Assembly (NCBI GenBank): GCA_028344535.1
Contig: JAOMBK010000006.1
Span: 1,211 to 65,210 of the forward strand
Source: Pseudomonadota bacterium
GTDB lineage: Bacteria > Pseudomonadota > Gammaproteobacteria > Magnimaribacterales > D2472
DNA length: 64,000 nucleotides
Reading direction: 5' to 3'
Shown: positions 49,594 to 59,416 of the stretch, piece by piece
Layout of the letters: every line of letters begins with the position of its first letter
Position numbering within the stretch: the first letter of the stretch is position 1
Notes under the pieces: model-generated
Database searches by the model: none
Seen by the model: only the letters and a program-made list of their open reading frames with translations
Told to the model about the DNA's origin: nothing
Program-made: the position numbers and the translations under genes

Positions 49594-49610
49594 AAGAGCT
49601 TAAACTAATT

Positions 49611-49638
49611 AAAAGGCCGGTTTACCGGCCTTTTTTTT
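49611..49638 (+). terminator. Intrinsic terminator
   Basis: AAAAGGCCGG-ttta-CCGGCC-T8. Confidence 0.9.
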
Positions 49639-49653
49639 ATATATAATACCTGC

Positions 49654-51261
49654 ATGAAAACTAAACACTTTTTTATCTTATTAGCATTTGTCATAGCTGG
49701 TTGTAGCAAATCTGTTTCACCAGTTGATTCCTCAATTGAAACAGGAGTATTCCATTTTGGAAATGGATCAGAGCCCCAAGGAATTGATCCTCATATTGTT
49801 ACAGGAGTGCCTGAGCATCATATTTTAATTTCTCTATGTGAAGGTTTAACAATCCCTAATCTAAATAGTGGCGGTAATCTTCCCGGAGCTGCTGAATCAT
49901 GGACAGTAAGCGATGACGGTAAAGAATATATATTTAAATTAAATAAAAATGGAAAATGGTCTAATGGAGACCCAGTAACTGCTGATGACTTTGTGTGGTC
50001 TTGGATGAGAATATTAACTGCGAGTCTGGGCTCTCAATATCCTGATATGCTTTATTACCTGGAAGGCGCGGAAGAATATCATACTGGTATAATCAGTAAT
50101 TTTGATGAGGTTGGCGTAAAAGCAGTTGATAAATATACTTTAAAAGTTAATTTAAAGAATCCAACCCCTTTTTTTATTGGCATGTTAAGTCATTACAGTA
50201 CTTGGCCTGTTCACAAAGACACGGTCTTAAAACATGGTGCAATAGATGATAGAAACGGCCAATGGACAAGACCTGGTAATTTTGTTTGTAATGGACCATT
50301 TCAATTAAAATCTTGGGAGTTAAATAATAAAATTGTTGTAGAAAAGAATCCTAATTATTGGGATTCTGAAAAAGTAAGTTTAAATGAAATGCATTTTTAT
50401 CCAGTTTCTAATGTAATGACCGAAGATAGAATGTTTAGAGCTGGACAGTTGCATGTAACCTCTACATTGCCATCACAAAAATGCCCAATTTATATTGAAG
50501 AAAATAATCCTGATTTAAGAATTGATCCATACATGGGTCAATATTTCTATCGATTGAATACTAACAACCCATCTTTAAAGGATGTAAGAGTAAGAAAGGC
50601 TTTAGCATTTTCAATTGATAGAAAACTTTTAGTAGAAAAAGTTACCAAATGCGGTCAAATTCCAGCATATTCTTTTACTCCTCCAGGCTCAAATGGATAC
50701 CAGCCAGATACTAAAATTCCGTTCGATCCAGAATTAGCAAAAGAACTTTTGACTGATGCTGGTTACTCTGAAAGCAATCCTTTTCCTAAACTTGAAATCT
50801 TGTTTAATACTAATGAAGATCATAGAAAATTGGCTCTAGCGATACAGCAAATGTGGCAACAAAATCTAGGAATCGAGGTTGAGCTTGTAAATCAAGATTG
50901 GAAAGTATACTTGAGTAGAGAAATGGTGGGAGATTTTCAGGTTTCGCGAGCAGGATGGATAGGAGATTATGAAGATCCAAATACCTTCCTTGATCTTATG
51001 AGACCTAATAGAGGAAATAATAAGACAGGCTGGGAAGATGCTAATTATGACTCAATGGTTGAAAGAGCAAATTCAATGAATGATCAAACTCAAAGATATG
51101 AACTATTTAAAGAAGCTGAAAGAATTCTTATCGATAATATGCCAATCATCCCTCTTTATACATATGTTCGATCTTATCAATTATCACCTGATGTTAAAGG
51201 TTACAATCCACACATCTTAGATCACCATCACCCAAAGTTTATTTATCTAGAAAGAGATTGA
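49654..51261 (+). CDS. oppA: Oligopeptide ABC transporter substrate-binding lipoprotein
   Basis: Lipobox IAGC, EPQGIDP, WSNGDPVTADDF, RAGWIGDY. Confidence 0.92.
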   Translation: MKTKHFFILLAFVIAGCSKSVSPVDSSIETGVFHFGNGSEPQGIDPHIVTGVPEHHILISLCEGLTIPNLNSGGNLPGAAESWTVSDDGKEYIFKLNKNGKWSNGDPVTADDFVWSWMRILTASLGSQYPDMLYYLEGAEEYHTGIISNFDEVGVKAVDKYTLKVNLKNPTPFFIGMLSHYSTWPVHKDTVLKHGAIDDRNGQWTRPGNFVCNGPFQLKSWELNNKIVVEKNPNYWDSEKVSLNEMHFYPVSNVMTEDRMFRAGQLHVTSTLPSQKCPIYIEENNPDLRIDPYMGQYFYRLNTNNPSLKDVRVRKALAFSIDRKLLVEKVTKCGQIPAYSFTPPGSNGYQPDTKIPFDPELAKELLTDAGYSESNPFPKLEILFNTNEDHRKLALAIQQMWQQNLGIEVELVNQDWKVYLSREMVGDFQVSRAGWIGDYEDPNTFLDLMRPNRGNNKTGWEDANYDSMVERANSMNDQTQRYELFKEAERILIDNMPIIPLYTYVRSYQLSPDVKGYNPHILDHHHPKFIYLERD

Positions 51262-51267
51262 TATTTA

Positions 51268-52191
51268 ATGATAGCAATTTTTTTTAAAAGAATTTTACTT
51301 GCTATACCGGTATTATTTGCAGTTGCTAGTATCACTTTCTTTTTAATAAAAATTGCACCAGGAGGACCCTTTGATGCTGATAAGGCTGTATCTCCTCAGG
51401 TATTGAAGAACTTAAATGAAGCTTATAACTTAGATGCATCTAATTGGGAGCAATATGTCGATTACATGACTGGGTTGATTCAAGGTGATTTAGGTCCTTC
51501 ATTTAGATTTCCAGGCAGATCTGTTTCAGAAATGATTGCTACTGGATTACCAGTTACTTTTGAATTAGCTTTTTATGCAATTTTAATTGCTTTAGTTATG
51601 GGCGTATTTTTAGGGGTACTCGCAGCATTAAAAAGAAATACATTTTTAGACTTTATCCCTATGGCAATTGCAATGATTGGTATATGCGTTCCATCATTTC
51701 TTATGGGGCCTTTATTGGTTTTAATTTTTGGGCTTAATCTTGAATTACTCCCTGTATCTGGCTGGGATCAATTACCTGGAGATAAAATCTTACCATCTCT
51801 AACATTAGGATTTGCATATGCTGCTTATATCGCTAGATTGAGTAGAGGTGGAATGTTAGAAGTTTTAAATCAGGACTTTATCAGAACAGCTAGAGCCAAG
51901 GGCCTTGCTGAAAGAATAATTGTAGTCAAGCATGCTATGCAAGGTGGGTTAATTCCAGTTGTATCATTTTTAGGACCAGCTATTGCTGGTTTACTTGCAG
52001 GATCTTTTGTTGTTGAAACTATCTTTCAAATTCCAGGGCTGGGAAGATTTTATGTTGAAGCAGCATTTAACCGGGACTATACAATGATCCTAGGAACCAC
52101 AATATTTTTCTCTGCAATGATAGTTTTCTTTAATTTGTTATCTGATCTAGCTGCTTTGTGGATGAACCCAAGATCAAGAGATGTGCAATGA
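51268..52191 (+). CDS. oppB: Oligopeptide ABC transporter permease
   Basis: APGGPF, GDLGPSF, DFIRTARAKGL, NRDY. Confidence 0.93.
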   Translation: MIAIFFKRILLAIPVLFAVASITFFLIKIAPGGPFDADKAVSPQVLKNLNEAYNLDASNWEQYVDYMTGLIQGDLGPSFRFPGRSVSEMIATGLPVTFELAFYAILIALVMGVFLGVLAALKRNTFLDFIPMAIAMIGICVPSFLMGPLLVLIFGLNLELLPVSGWDQLPGDKILPSLTLGFAYAAYIARLSRGGMLEVLNQDFIRTARAKGLAERIIVVKHAMQGGLIPVVSFLGPAIAGLLAGSFVVETIFQIPGLGRFYVEAAFNRDYTMILGTTIFFSAMIVFFNLLSDLAALWMNPRSRDVQ

Positions 52192-53039
52192 AAAATAATT
52201 CTTTGTGGTCAGATGCTATATATAGATTAACCAGGAATAGAGCTGCTATGTTGGGTGGTTTTATATTAGTAATGCTTGTAATTTGCGCCATACTGGCTCC
52301 ATGGATCGCTCCATACTCTTATTCATTTCAAGATTTAAATTTGGGTGCAAGCCCTCCATCTTCAGAGCATCTTTTAGGAACAGATATTTTGGGAAGAGAT
52401 TTATTAAGTAGAATTTTATACGGTGCACGTATTTCATTATTAGTTGGATTTGTTGCAACTGGTGTTGCTCTTGTTATTGGAGTTTCCTGGGGGATAGTTG
52501 CTGGATATATTGGAGGAAGAGTTGACTCGATTATGATGAGAATAGTTGATGTTCTATATGGACTCCCGTTTATTATTTTTATTATTCTTTTGATGGTAAT
52601 TTTTGGTAGGAACCTTTGGCTTTTATTCGGGGCAATTGGAGCCGTTGAATGGCTCACCATGGCAAGAATAGTAAGAGGTCAAGTAATTGGTTTAAAAAAT
52701 CAAGAATTTGTTTTAGCAGCTCAAGCTATGGGGGTTTCAAACTTATCAATGTTTAGGAGACATCTATTGCCTAATATTCTAGGACCAATTGCTGTATACG
52801 CAACTTTAACGATCCCCCAAGTAATGCTTTTAGAGGGATTTCTAAGCTTTCTTGGGTTAGGCATTCAACCTCCAATGAGTAGCTGGGGAACTCTTATTAA
52901 AGATGGCGTTGAATCAATGGAGGAATATAGCTGGTTACTAATCTATCCAGGTATAACATTCACAATTACCTTGTTTGCATTAAACTTTTTTGGAGACGGT
53001 CTTAGAGATGCCCTAGACCCAAAAACTTCTGATAATTAA
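52188..53039 (+). CDS. oppC: Oligopeptide ABC transporter permease
   Basis: HLLGTDILGRD, GARISL, RHLLPN, GDGLRDALDP; start moved to ATG 52188. Confidence 0.93.
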   Translation: MKNNSLWSDAIYRLTRNRAAMLGGFILVMLVICAILAPWIAPYSYSFQDLNLGASPPSSEHLLGTDILGRDLLSRILYGARISLLVGFVATGVALVIGVSWGIVAGYIGGRVDSIMMRIVDVLYGLPFIIFIILLMVIFGRNLWLLFGAIGAVEWLTMARIVRGQVIGLKNQEFVLAAQAMGVSNLSMFRRHLLPNILGPIAVYATLTIPQVMLLEGFLSFLGLGIQPPMSSWGTLIKDGVESMEEYSWLLIYPGITFTITLFALNFFGDGLRDALDPKTSDN

Positions 53040-54487
53040 AAAGCTTTAATAATAATTTTTAATACCTGCCCAGGTTTAATTTCATTATTGGATAATTCAT
53101 TAATACTTCTAATATCTGAGATCTCAATATTAAATATATCCGCTATTCGGTAAAGACTATCTCCTTGTTTGACGCTATACAAAATAGTTCTTTTTTTTGA
53201 ATTAATTGTTCGATAAATATTTTTATTTCCAATATTTAATTCTTTCCCAATTGTTAAAGGTGAATTCATCCTGAAACCATTGTTCTTTGCTATTTCTGCA
53301 GGAGAAATTTTATATTGAATTCCAAGATTCCATAAAGTATCACCTTCGCTAATGATATGGGCCTGATAGGGAATAAATGTTTGATTTTGATCGTTGCTCA
53401 AAGGAATTAATAACTCTTGATTTAAACTTAAGACATTAGAAGCTAGATAATTAACTTTTTTCAGGACATTTACCTCTGTTTCAAATTCTTCAGCTATCTT
53501 CCATAGGCTATCTCCTTGCGAAACCTTATGTGTGACCCAATTGATTTGATTTGTTTGAATAAACTGATCTTTTTTAAGATTTAATATTTCTTCTAATTCA
53601 ACGGGGATATTAAATATAGTTTTATTTCCTGGAGGAGAAGCCCATTTTGTATATCCTGCATTCAATTTATAAACAAATTCAGGTTTCAAGCCAGCAAACT
53701 CACTGAAAGCCAATATTTCAACTTGACCATCAAGCTCTATGCTACCCAAAACTTTTTTATTTGGAAAATTTGGTAGATTAATTCCGTACTTGTCAGCATT
53801 AACAACTAATTCAAGTATTGCTTTAAATTTCGGTACATACTCCTTCGTTTGTTTTGGAAGTTTAAGATTTTCATAATTAGTGGGTTTTCCAGCTCTTTTA
53901 TTGAGTTTGATTTGTTTTTCAAGTCGAGTTGGACCGCCATTATAGGCGGCAAGGGTATAGGTAATTTCCCTATTAAATCTATTATGAAGGTAGGCCAAAT
54001 ACCTTACAGCAGCTTTTGATGATACTAAGGGGTCATGTCTTTGCTCATACCACCATGTATCTTCAAGGTTATATATTCTTGCTGTTGCAGGCATAAACTG
54101 CCATATTCCCATTGCACCTGATGCGGAGATTGAGAATGGATCATAGTTACTTTCAATGTAGGGAAGCAATGCTAATTCTGCTGGCAGTCTGTATTTATCT
54201 AACTCTTCAAGAACAAAAAATATAAAGTACCTTCCTTTTTCAAGAAGTTTATCGAGTTGAGCTGGGTTAGAAAGGTACGTATTAATGTATCCGAGTGTTT
54301 TTTCATCAAGATTGGCTTGTTCGCTTGAGCTGGCATCTTTTATTCGATCCCAAACATTCTCATAAACGAGAATATCTTCGGATGCTTCTAATGGAATAGG
54401 CTCTATATATTGATCAGCTTGAATAATAGAAGGTAATTCACAGCCTGAGGCTAAAAGCAATACAAGAATTAACAAGAATCTGTTCAT
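53036..54487 (-). CDS. mltD: Membrane-bound lytic transglycosylase D
   Basis: Lipobox ASGC, LPYIES, GIWQFMP, AAYNGG, three LysM repeats. Confidence 0.93.
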   Translation of the reverse strand: MNRFLLILVLLLASGCELPSIIQADQYIEPIPLEASEDILVYENVWDRIKDASSSEQANLDEKTLGYINTYLSNPAQLDKLLEKGRYFIFFVLEELDKYRLPAELALLPYIESNYDPFSISASGAMGIWQFMPATARIYNLEDTWWYEQRHDPLVSSKAAVRYLAYLHNRFNREITYTLAAYNGGPTRLEKQIKLNKRAGKPTNYENLKLPKQTKEYVPKFKAILELVVNADKYGINLPNFPNKKVLGSIELDGQVEILAFSEFAGLKPEFVYKLNAGYTKWASPPGNKTIFNIPVELEEILNLKKDQFIQTNQINWVTHKVSQGDSLWKIAEEFETEVNVLKKVNYLASNVLSLNQELLIPLSNDQNQTFIPYQAHIISEGDTLWNLGIQYKISPAEIAKNNGFRMNSPLTIGKELNIGNKNIYRTINSKKRTILYSVKQGDSLYRIADIFNIEISDIRSINELSNNEIKPGQVLKIIIKAF

Positions 54488-54637
54488 GACTTTAAATTTT
54501 ATTATCTTTGGATAAGTTGTGATTCTCTATATGTAAGCAAAAGATTATCTTCATTAGTTACAATTAACCAAATATAATTATCAGTATAAGCTTTTATAGA
54601 TTGATTAGTCATAAGTATTAATGTCATATTTTAACTC

Positions 54638-55072
54638 ATGAAACAGGTAATTATTTATACAGACGGAGCCTGCAGAGGTAACCCAGGCCCAGGAGGGTGG
54701 GGAGCCTTAATTAAATTTGATAGCGTAGAAAAAGAAATTTATGGAGGTCAAGCTAATACAACAAATAATCAAATGGAGCTTGCAGCTGCAATTGAGGGCT
54801 TAGCTGCGTTAAAAGAATCTTGCAGTGTAGAGCTGTTTACTGATTCAAAATATGTAATGGACGGTATCACTCAATGGATCCAAAACTGGAAAAAAAATAA
54901 TTGGAGAACTGCCGCAAAAAAAGATGTAAAAAACAAAGAATTGTGGCAAAAATTAGATCAGCTAATTTCTCAGCATCAAGTACAATGGCATTGGGTTAAG
55001 GGCCACTCTGGCGATGTTGGCAATGAAGCAGCAGACTTATTGGCGAATAAAGGAATAGATTCTATCTTATGA
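54638..55072 (+). CDS. rnhA: Ribonuclease HI
   Basis: [33 protein letters not shown]. Confidence 0.98.
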   Translation: MKQVIIYTDGACRGNPGPGGWGALIKFDSVEKEIYGGQANTTNNQMELAAAIEGLAALKESCSVELFTDSKYVMDGITQWIQNWKKNNWRTAAKKDVKNKELWQKLDQLISQHQVQWHWVKGHSGDVGNEAADLLANKGIDSIL

Positions 55073-55767
55073 CAAAGAAACTCATCGTTCTCGATACTGA
55101 GACAACTGGATTGGAGGTTGAGCAAGGCCACAGGATTGTTGAGGTAGGTGCCGTTGCTCTTGCAGATAGAAAAAGAACGGATTTACATTTTCATTCTTAT
55201 CTAAACCCTCAAAGATCTATTGATGAGGAGGCGGAGAAAGTTCATGGCCTTTCAATGGAGCGACTTTCAAATGAACCAGAGTTCTCAGAGATTGCAGAGA
55301 GTTTTTTAGAGTTTGTAGAAGGAAGCATATTGGTTATTCATAATGCTGCTTTTGATTTAGGCTTCCTTAATGCTGAGTTAAAGAGAGTCTCCTCTAAGTA
55401 TCCAGCTCTTGAGGAAATATGCGATGTTGAAGACACCTTGTTGATGGCAAGAAGTAAATTCCCTGGTCAGCGTAACTCATTAGACGCCCTTGCAAATAGA
55501 TTTGAGATAAGTGGTTACGACAGAAGCTTTCATGGTGCTTTATTAGATGCAAATATTCTTGCAGATGTATATATTCATTTAACTGGCGGTCAAAGTAAGT
55601 TTGAATTTATGACATCAAATATAAATACTAACCCTGAAAGTGATATGAGCTCACTTAATATTGATTTAAAGAAATTTCCCATTCCTAAAATTATCGTCTC
55701 CAAAGAAGATATGTTGGCCAACGACAAAAGAATGAGTGCAATTAATTCAAAAAGGGATTCATCATGA
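55069..55767 (+). CDS. dnaQ: DNA polymerase III epsilon subunit
   Basis: LDTETTG, HNAAFD, HGALLDA, TGGQ. Confidence 0.97.
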   Translation: MTKKLIVLDTETTGLEVEQGHRIVEVGAVALADRKRTDLHFHSYLNPQRSIDEEAEKVHGLSMERLSNEPEFSEIAESFLEFVEGSILVIHNAAFDLGFLNAELKRVSSKYPALEEICDVEDTLLMARSKFPGQRNSLDALANRFEISGYDRSFHGALLDANILADVYIHLTGGQSKFEFMTSNINTNPESDMSSLNIDLKKFPIPKIIVSKEDMLANDKRMSAINSKRDSS

Positions 55768-57161
55768 CCAAAGTTACCAGATTTGCACCCAGTCCAACGG
55801 GAGCCTTGCACATAGGTGGAGTACGAACTGCATTATTTAACTATGTGTATGCCAAGCAAAATAAAGGTAAGTTCTTAATCAGAGTTGAGGACACAGATGC
55901 TGAAAGATCAACAAAGGAGTATGAAGACAATATTCTCAAAGGATTATCTGATATTGGCATTGATCCAGATGAGCCTCCTGTCAGGCAATCTGAAAGATCT
56001 GAGCTGTATAGGTTGGCTGCAGAAAAAATAATAGAATCCGGCAATGCCTATTGGTGTGATTGTTCAAAAGAAGCTCTAGAAGAAATGCGCAAAGAGCAGG
56101 AGTCAGCTGGTAAAAAACCTATGTATGATGGAAGAAGTAGAAATCTTGGACTGAAGCGTTCTGAAAATACAGTCCTAAGATTAAAAACACCAAAAGATGG
56201 CAACTTAGTTTTTCATGATTTGGTAAGAGGTGAAGTAGTTTTCCAGAACTCTGAATTAGATGATTTGATTCTTCTTAGAAGCGATGGCTCTCCAACATAT
56301 CATCTATGTAATGTCGTCGATGATTTTAATCAAGGAATTACAACTGTAGTAAGGGGTGAAGATCATTTAAGTAATACACCTAGACAAATACACATTCAGC
56401 AAGCTTTAGGTTATCCACCTCTTGAGTACGCACACTTACCAATGGTTCTAGGCCAAGATAAAAAAAGATTATCTAAAAGAAATGCTGTAACAAGCTTGCA
56501 AGATTATTTTGATCAAGGATATCTTGAATCATCTATGATCAATATGCTTGCAAGATTGGGTTGGTCTAAAGGTGACAAAGAAATTTTTTATTTAGATGAC
56601 TTAATTGTAGACTTTAGAATTCAGGAAGTTCAGAAAGCTGGCGCTGTCTTTGACCCAGTAAAGCTAGACTGGATTAATAATCATCACTTAGCTGCGCTCT
56701 CTTTTGATGATTTTAAGGAAAGATTGACCCCATTTCTTAACAGCGTTGAAATTGATTTAACTCAAAAGCAAAACAGCAATAAGATTATTGAAGCCATGAG
56801 GAGCTCTAAACCAACACTCCTTGGAGTAGCCAAAGATCTTGTACCCTATTTTTTTCAAATAGATTCATATGATGAAAAAGCAGCAAATAAATTTTTAAGC
56901 GGATCAGAGCCTGTTTTGGAATATGTGCAAAGAAAATTAAATAAATTAGAAGCTTGGAATGAGGAATCTATAGATCATGCATTGCAAGAGGCTCAAACTG
57001 CATTAAGCTTGCCAACTCCAAAGCTTAATCAACCAATAAGAATCGCAATGACGGGATCTACTCAATCTCCTTCTTTGGGCTTAACGCTTTCATTGTTTGA
57101 TTTGGTTGAGGTGAACAACAGAATTGATGCAGCGCTAAAATATTTAGCTCATTCTACCTAG
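55764..57161 (+). CDS. gltX: Glutamate--tRNA ligase
   Basis: RFAPSPTG, HIGG, RGEDH, RLSKR. Confidence 0.97.
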   Translation: MTKVTRFAPSPTGALHIGGVRTALFNYVYAKQNKGKFLIRVEDTDAERSTKEYEDNILKGLSDIGIDPDEPPVRQSERSELYRLAAEKIIESGNAYWCDCSKEALEEMRKEQESAGKKPMYDGRSRNLGLKRSENTVLRLKTPKDGNLVFHDLVRGEVVFQNSELDDLILLRSDGSPTYHLCNVVDDFNQGITTVVRGEDHLSNTPRQIHIQQALGYPPLEYAHLPMVLGQDKKRLSKRNAVTSLQDYFDQGYLESSMINMLARLGWSKGDKEIFYLDDLIVDFRIQEVQKAGAVFDPVKLDWINNHHLAALSFDDFKERLTPFLNSVEIDLTQKQNSNKIIEAMRSSKPTLLGVAKDLVPYFFQIDSYDEKAANKFLSGSEPVLEYVQRKLNKLEAWNEESIDHALQEAQTALSLPTPKLNQPIRIAMTGSTQSPSLGLTLSLFDLVEVNNRIDAALKYLAHST

Positions 57162-57711
57162 AAACACATGAGGCAATTATTGCCTGAGGATGCTCTTGAG
57201 TTAAATGTTCCAAAGTATCTAAAGATGTTTCTTTAGCGATCCCATACTCAGCAATGCCAAAGATTTGATTAGGCTCAATAACTAGATTGTCTGAAATTTT
57301 TTTTATGCCGTCATAACAATCCAATAGATTTAAATTTTCCATATTATTGGCAGAATAAAAAATCTTTTTTTTAAATTCCACTTCAGTTAATTGATCTGAT
57401 TGAGTTAAAACAAAATAGTTTTTTGGAACATTCATAAATTTAATTTCATCTTTTCGCAATATATCGCCAGCATCAGAGGACATTTGTTTTCCAATAACAT
57501 CTAACGATTCCATTGATTGGTATTTGAAAATACTTATTGATCCTAGCGATTTATAAAGTGGATTCAGCCCTGGGTTAACATAATTCCGCTCATAACCCTC
57601 AAAAGACAGAAGTGAGGAGGCAAGTGGGGCATGTTGATTTTCATAGTAATCCCTAAAATCATCATCAGATAACCCTTCCATCTTATGAATAAATGCTAAA
57701 GCTTTAATCAA
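57154..57711 (-). CDS. EthD-domain protein
   Basis: GLSDDDFRDYYENQHAPL...YERNYV, DEIKF. Confidence 0.8.
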   Translation of the reverse strand: MIKALAFIHKMEGLSDDDFRDYYENQHAPLASSLLSFEGYERNYVNPGLNPLYKSLGSISIFKYQSMESLDVIGKQMSSDAGDILRKDEIKFMNVPKNYFVLTQSDQLTEVEFKKKIFYSANNMENLNLLDCYDGIKKISDNLVIEPNQIFGIAEYGIAKETSLDTLEHLTQEHPQAIIASCVSR

Positions 57712-59416
57712 TTTGAATTGCTACCCCTGCATTGGGCCTTCTTAAGTCAGCAAAACCCTCTTTGCCTTTTGAAGAGATTAAAATGCTTTGTGTTGAACCC
57801 ATAGTTTTTGATTCTTCGAGCTCATGACCATATGATTCAAGTATTTGTAACGTATCTCTACTAAACCCTTTTTCTAAACGTAAATTTTTATAAGGCCAAT
57901 CTTTATGAAGTCTTGGGAGCATGGTGGCTTCCCCAAGATTTAAATCAAAGTCTATGACCCCAGTCACAACTCTCAACACAGCAGCTGGTATTAAAGCACC
58001 CCCAGGAGATCCTGTGATGAGCTTTAACTCATTTTTTTCATTGAAGATAATAATTGGAGTCATAGTGCTCATAGGTCTTTTGCCTGGCTCAAATCTATTG
58101 CCTATGCTTGCTGAGCGATCTATTACTTCAGGGTTTCCATACTGATAAGCAAAGTTATTCATTTGATTATTAAGAAGAATTCCAGTACCTGGAATAGTTA
58201 CCCCAGAGCCAAATGAGTAACCTAATGTATATGTGTTAGAAACAACATTGCCATGTTTATCAATGATTGAGTAATGAGTTGTATTTTCACCCTCTTGAAA
58301 TAATGAATCAGGATTCAAGGCTTCCGGTGGGGTGGCTTCTTGAAAATTGATTGACTTGGCTAATGATTTTGCTCTTTCCTTTGAAATTATTTTTTTTATC
58401 GGGACACCATAAAACTGAGGATCTCCCATGTATCTTGATCTATCCATATGTCCACGTTGTAATGCTTCTGCGAATAGATGAAGAAAGCTTGCTGAGTTTG
58501 GTCCGACTTTAGCAGTATCAAAGTTTTCTAGAATATTTAATCCTTCAAGCAACACTGCAGCACCCCCGGCTGGAGGAGGGTGGGCAAGGACTTTGTGATT
58601 CCTGTAAGTTGTTTGAATGGGTTCTGCAAACCTAGGCTTATATTCTTTAAGGTCTTTAGCAGAAATGTACCCACCATTTTGTTTCATAGCTTGAACTATT
58701 TTCTTGGCAATAGATCCAGTATAAAAAGCCTCCTCACCATTTCTAGCTATTTCTCGAAAAGTCCAAGCTAAATCAGGCCGCTTCATTACTAAATGTTCTT
58801 TTACCGGATCACCATTTTGATAATAGATATTTTCAGATTCTGAATCGAGATTTATTTGATCAGCACTACCAATAGCTTTATTGAGATCATAGCTAACTTG
58901 TATTCCTTTTTGCGCTTGTTTTATGACGGGCTGCAATATTTTCTTTAATGGTAATTTCCCATAGCGATCATGTGTCTGTAATAACCCAGCCACAGTTCCA
59001 GGAACCCCAGATGCTTTATAACCATATCTCCTTTGGTCATAATTATTCTTTAAAAATAAAAAGTCATTATTTGAAATATTTTTGGGTGCAGCACTTCTAA
59101 AATCTACTGCTATTGTTTTATTTTCATCCTTTAAATAAACCAACATGAAGCCTCCACCCCCTAAATTACCTGCTCTAGGAAGTGTTGTTGCCAAAGAAAA
59201 CCCAACTGCAACTGCTGCATCAATTGCATTACCACCCATATTTAAAATTTCTATTCCAATATCTGAAGAAGCTTGATTCTGTGAAACGACCATTCCAGAA
59301 GTTCCAATGGTGGGATGAAAGGGAGAGGGATAGTCAATATATCTAACTTGCCCCCAAGCATTAAAGGAAACAACTAGAAGATAAAATAAAATATTTCTAA
59401 GAGTCATGAATTTCAA
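57704..59416 (-). CDS. ggt: GGT-family Ntn hydrolase with altered acyl pocket
   Basis: GGNAIDAAVA, GNLGGGGF, TTHYS nucleophile, PGKRP, GSPGG; signal peptide. Confidence 0.93.
   Translation of the reverse strand: MKFMTLRNILFYLLVVSFNAWGQVRYIDYPSPFHPTIGTSGMVVSQNQASSDIGIEILNMGGNAIDAAVAVGFSLATTLPRAGNLGGGGFMLVYLKDENKTIAVDFRSAAPKNISNNDFLFLKNNYDQRRYGYKASGVPGTVAGLLQTHDRYGKLPLKKILQPVIKQAQKGIQVSYDLNKAIGSADQINLDSESENIYYQNGDPVKEHLVMKRPDLAWTFREIARNGEEAFYTGSIAKKIVQAMKQNGGYISAKDLKEYKPRFAEPIQTTYRNHKVLAHPPPAGGAAVLLEGLNILENFDTAKVGPNSASFLHLFAEALQRGHMDRSRYMGDPQFYGVPIKKIISKERAKSLAKSINFQEATPPEALNPDSLFQEGENTTHYSIIDKHGNVVSNTYTLGYSFGSGVTIPGTGILLNNQMNNFAYQYGNPEVIDRSASIGNRFEPGKRPMSTMTPIIIFNEKNELKLITGSPGGALIPAAVLRVVTGVIDFDLNLGEATMLPRLHKDWPYKNLRLEKGFSRDTLQILESYGHELEESKTMGSTQSILISSKGKEGFADLRRPNAGVAIQID

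Noticed and set aside
54488-54637. AT-rich spacer with one DnaA-box-like TTATCCAAA as oriC
   Set aside because: A single imperfect box; explained as divergent mltD/rnhA promoters.
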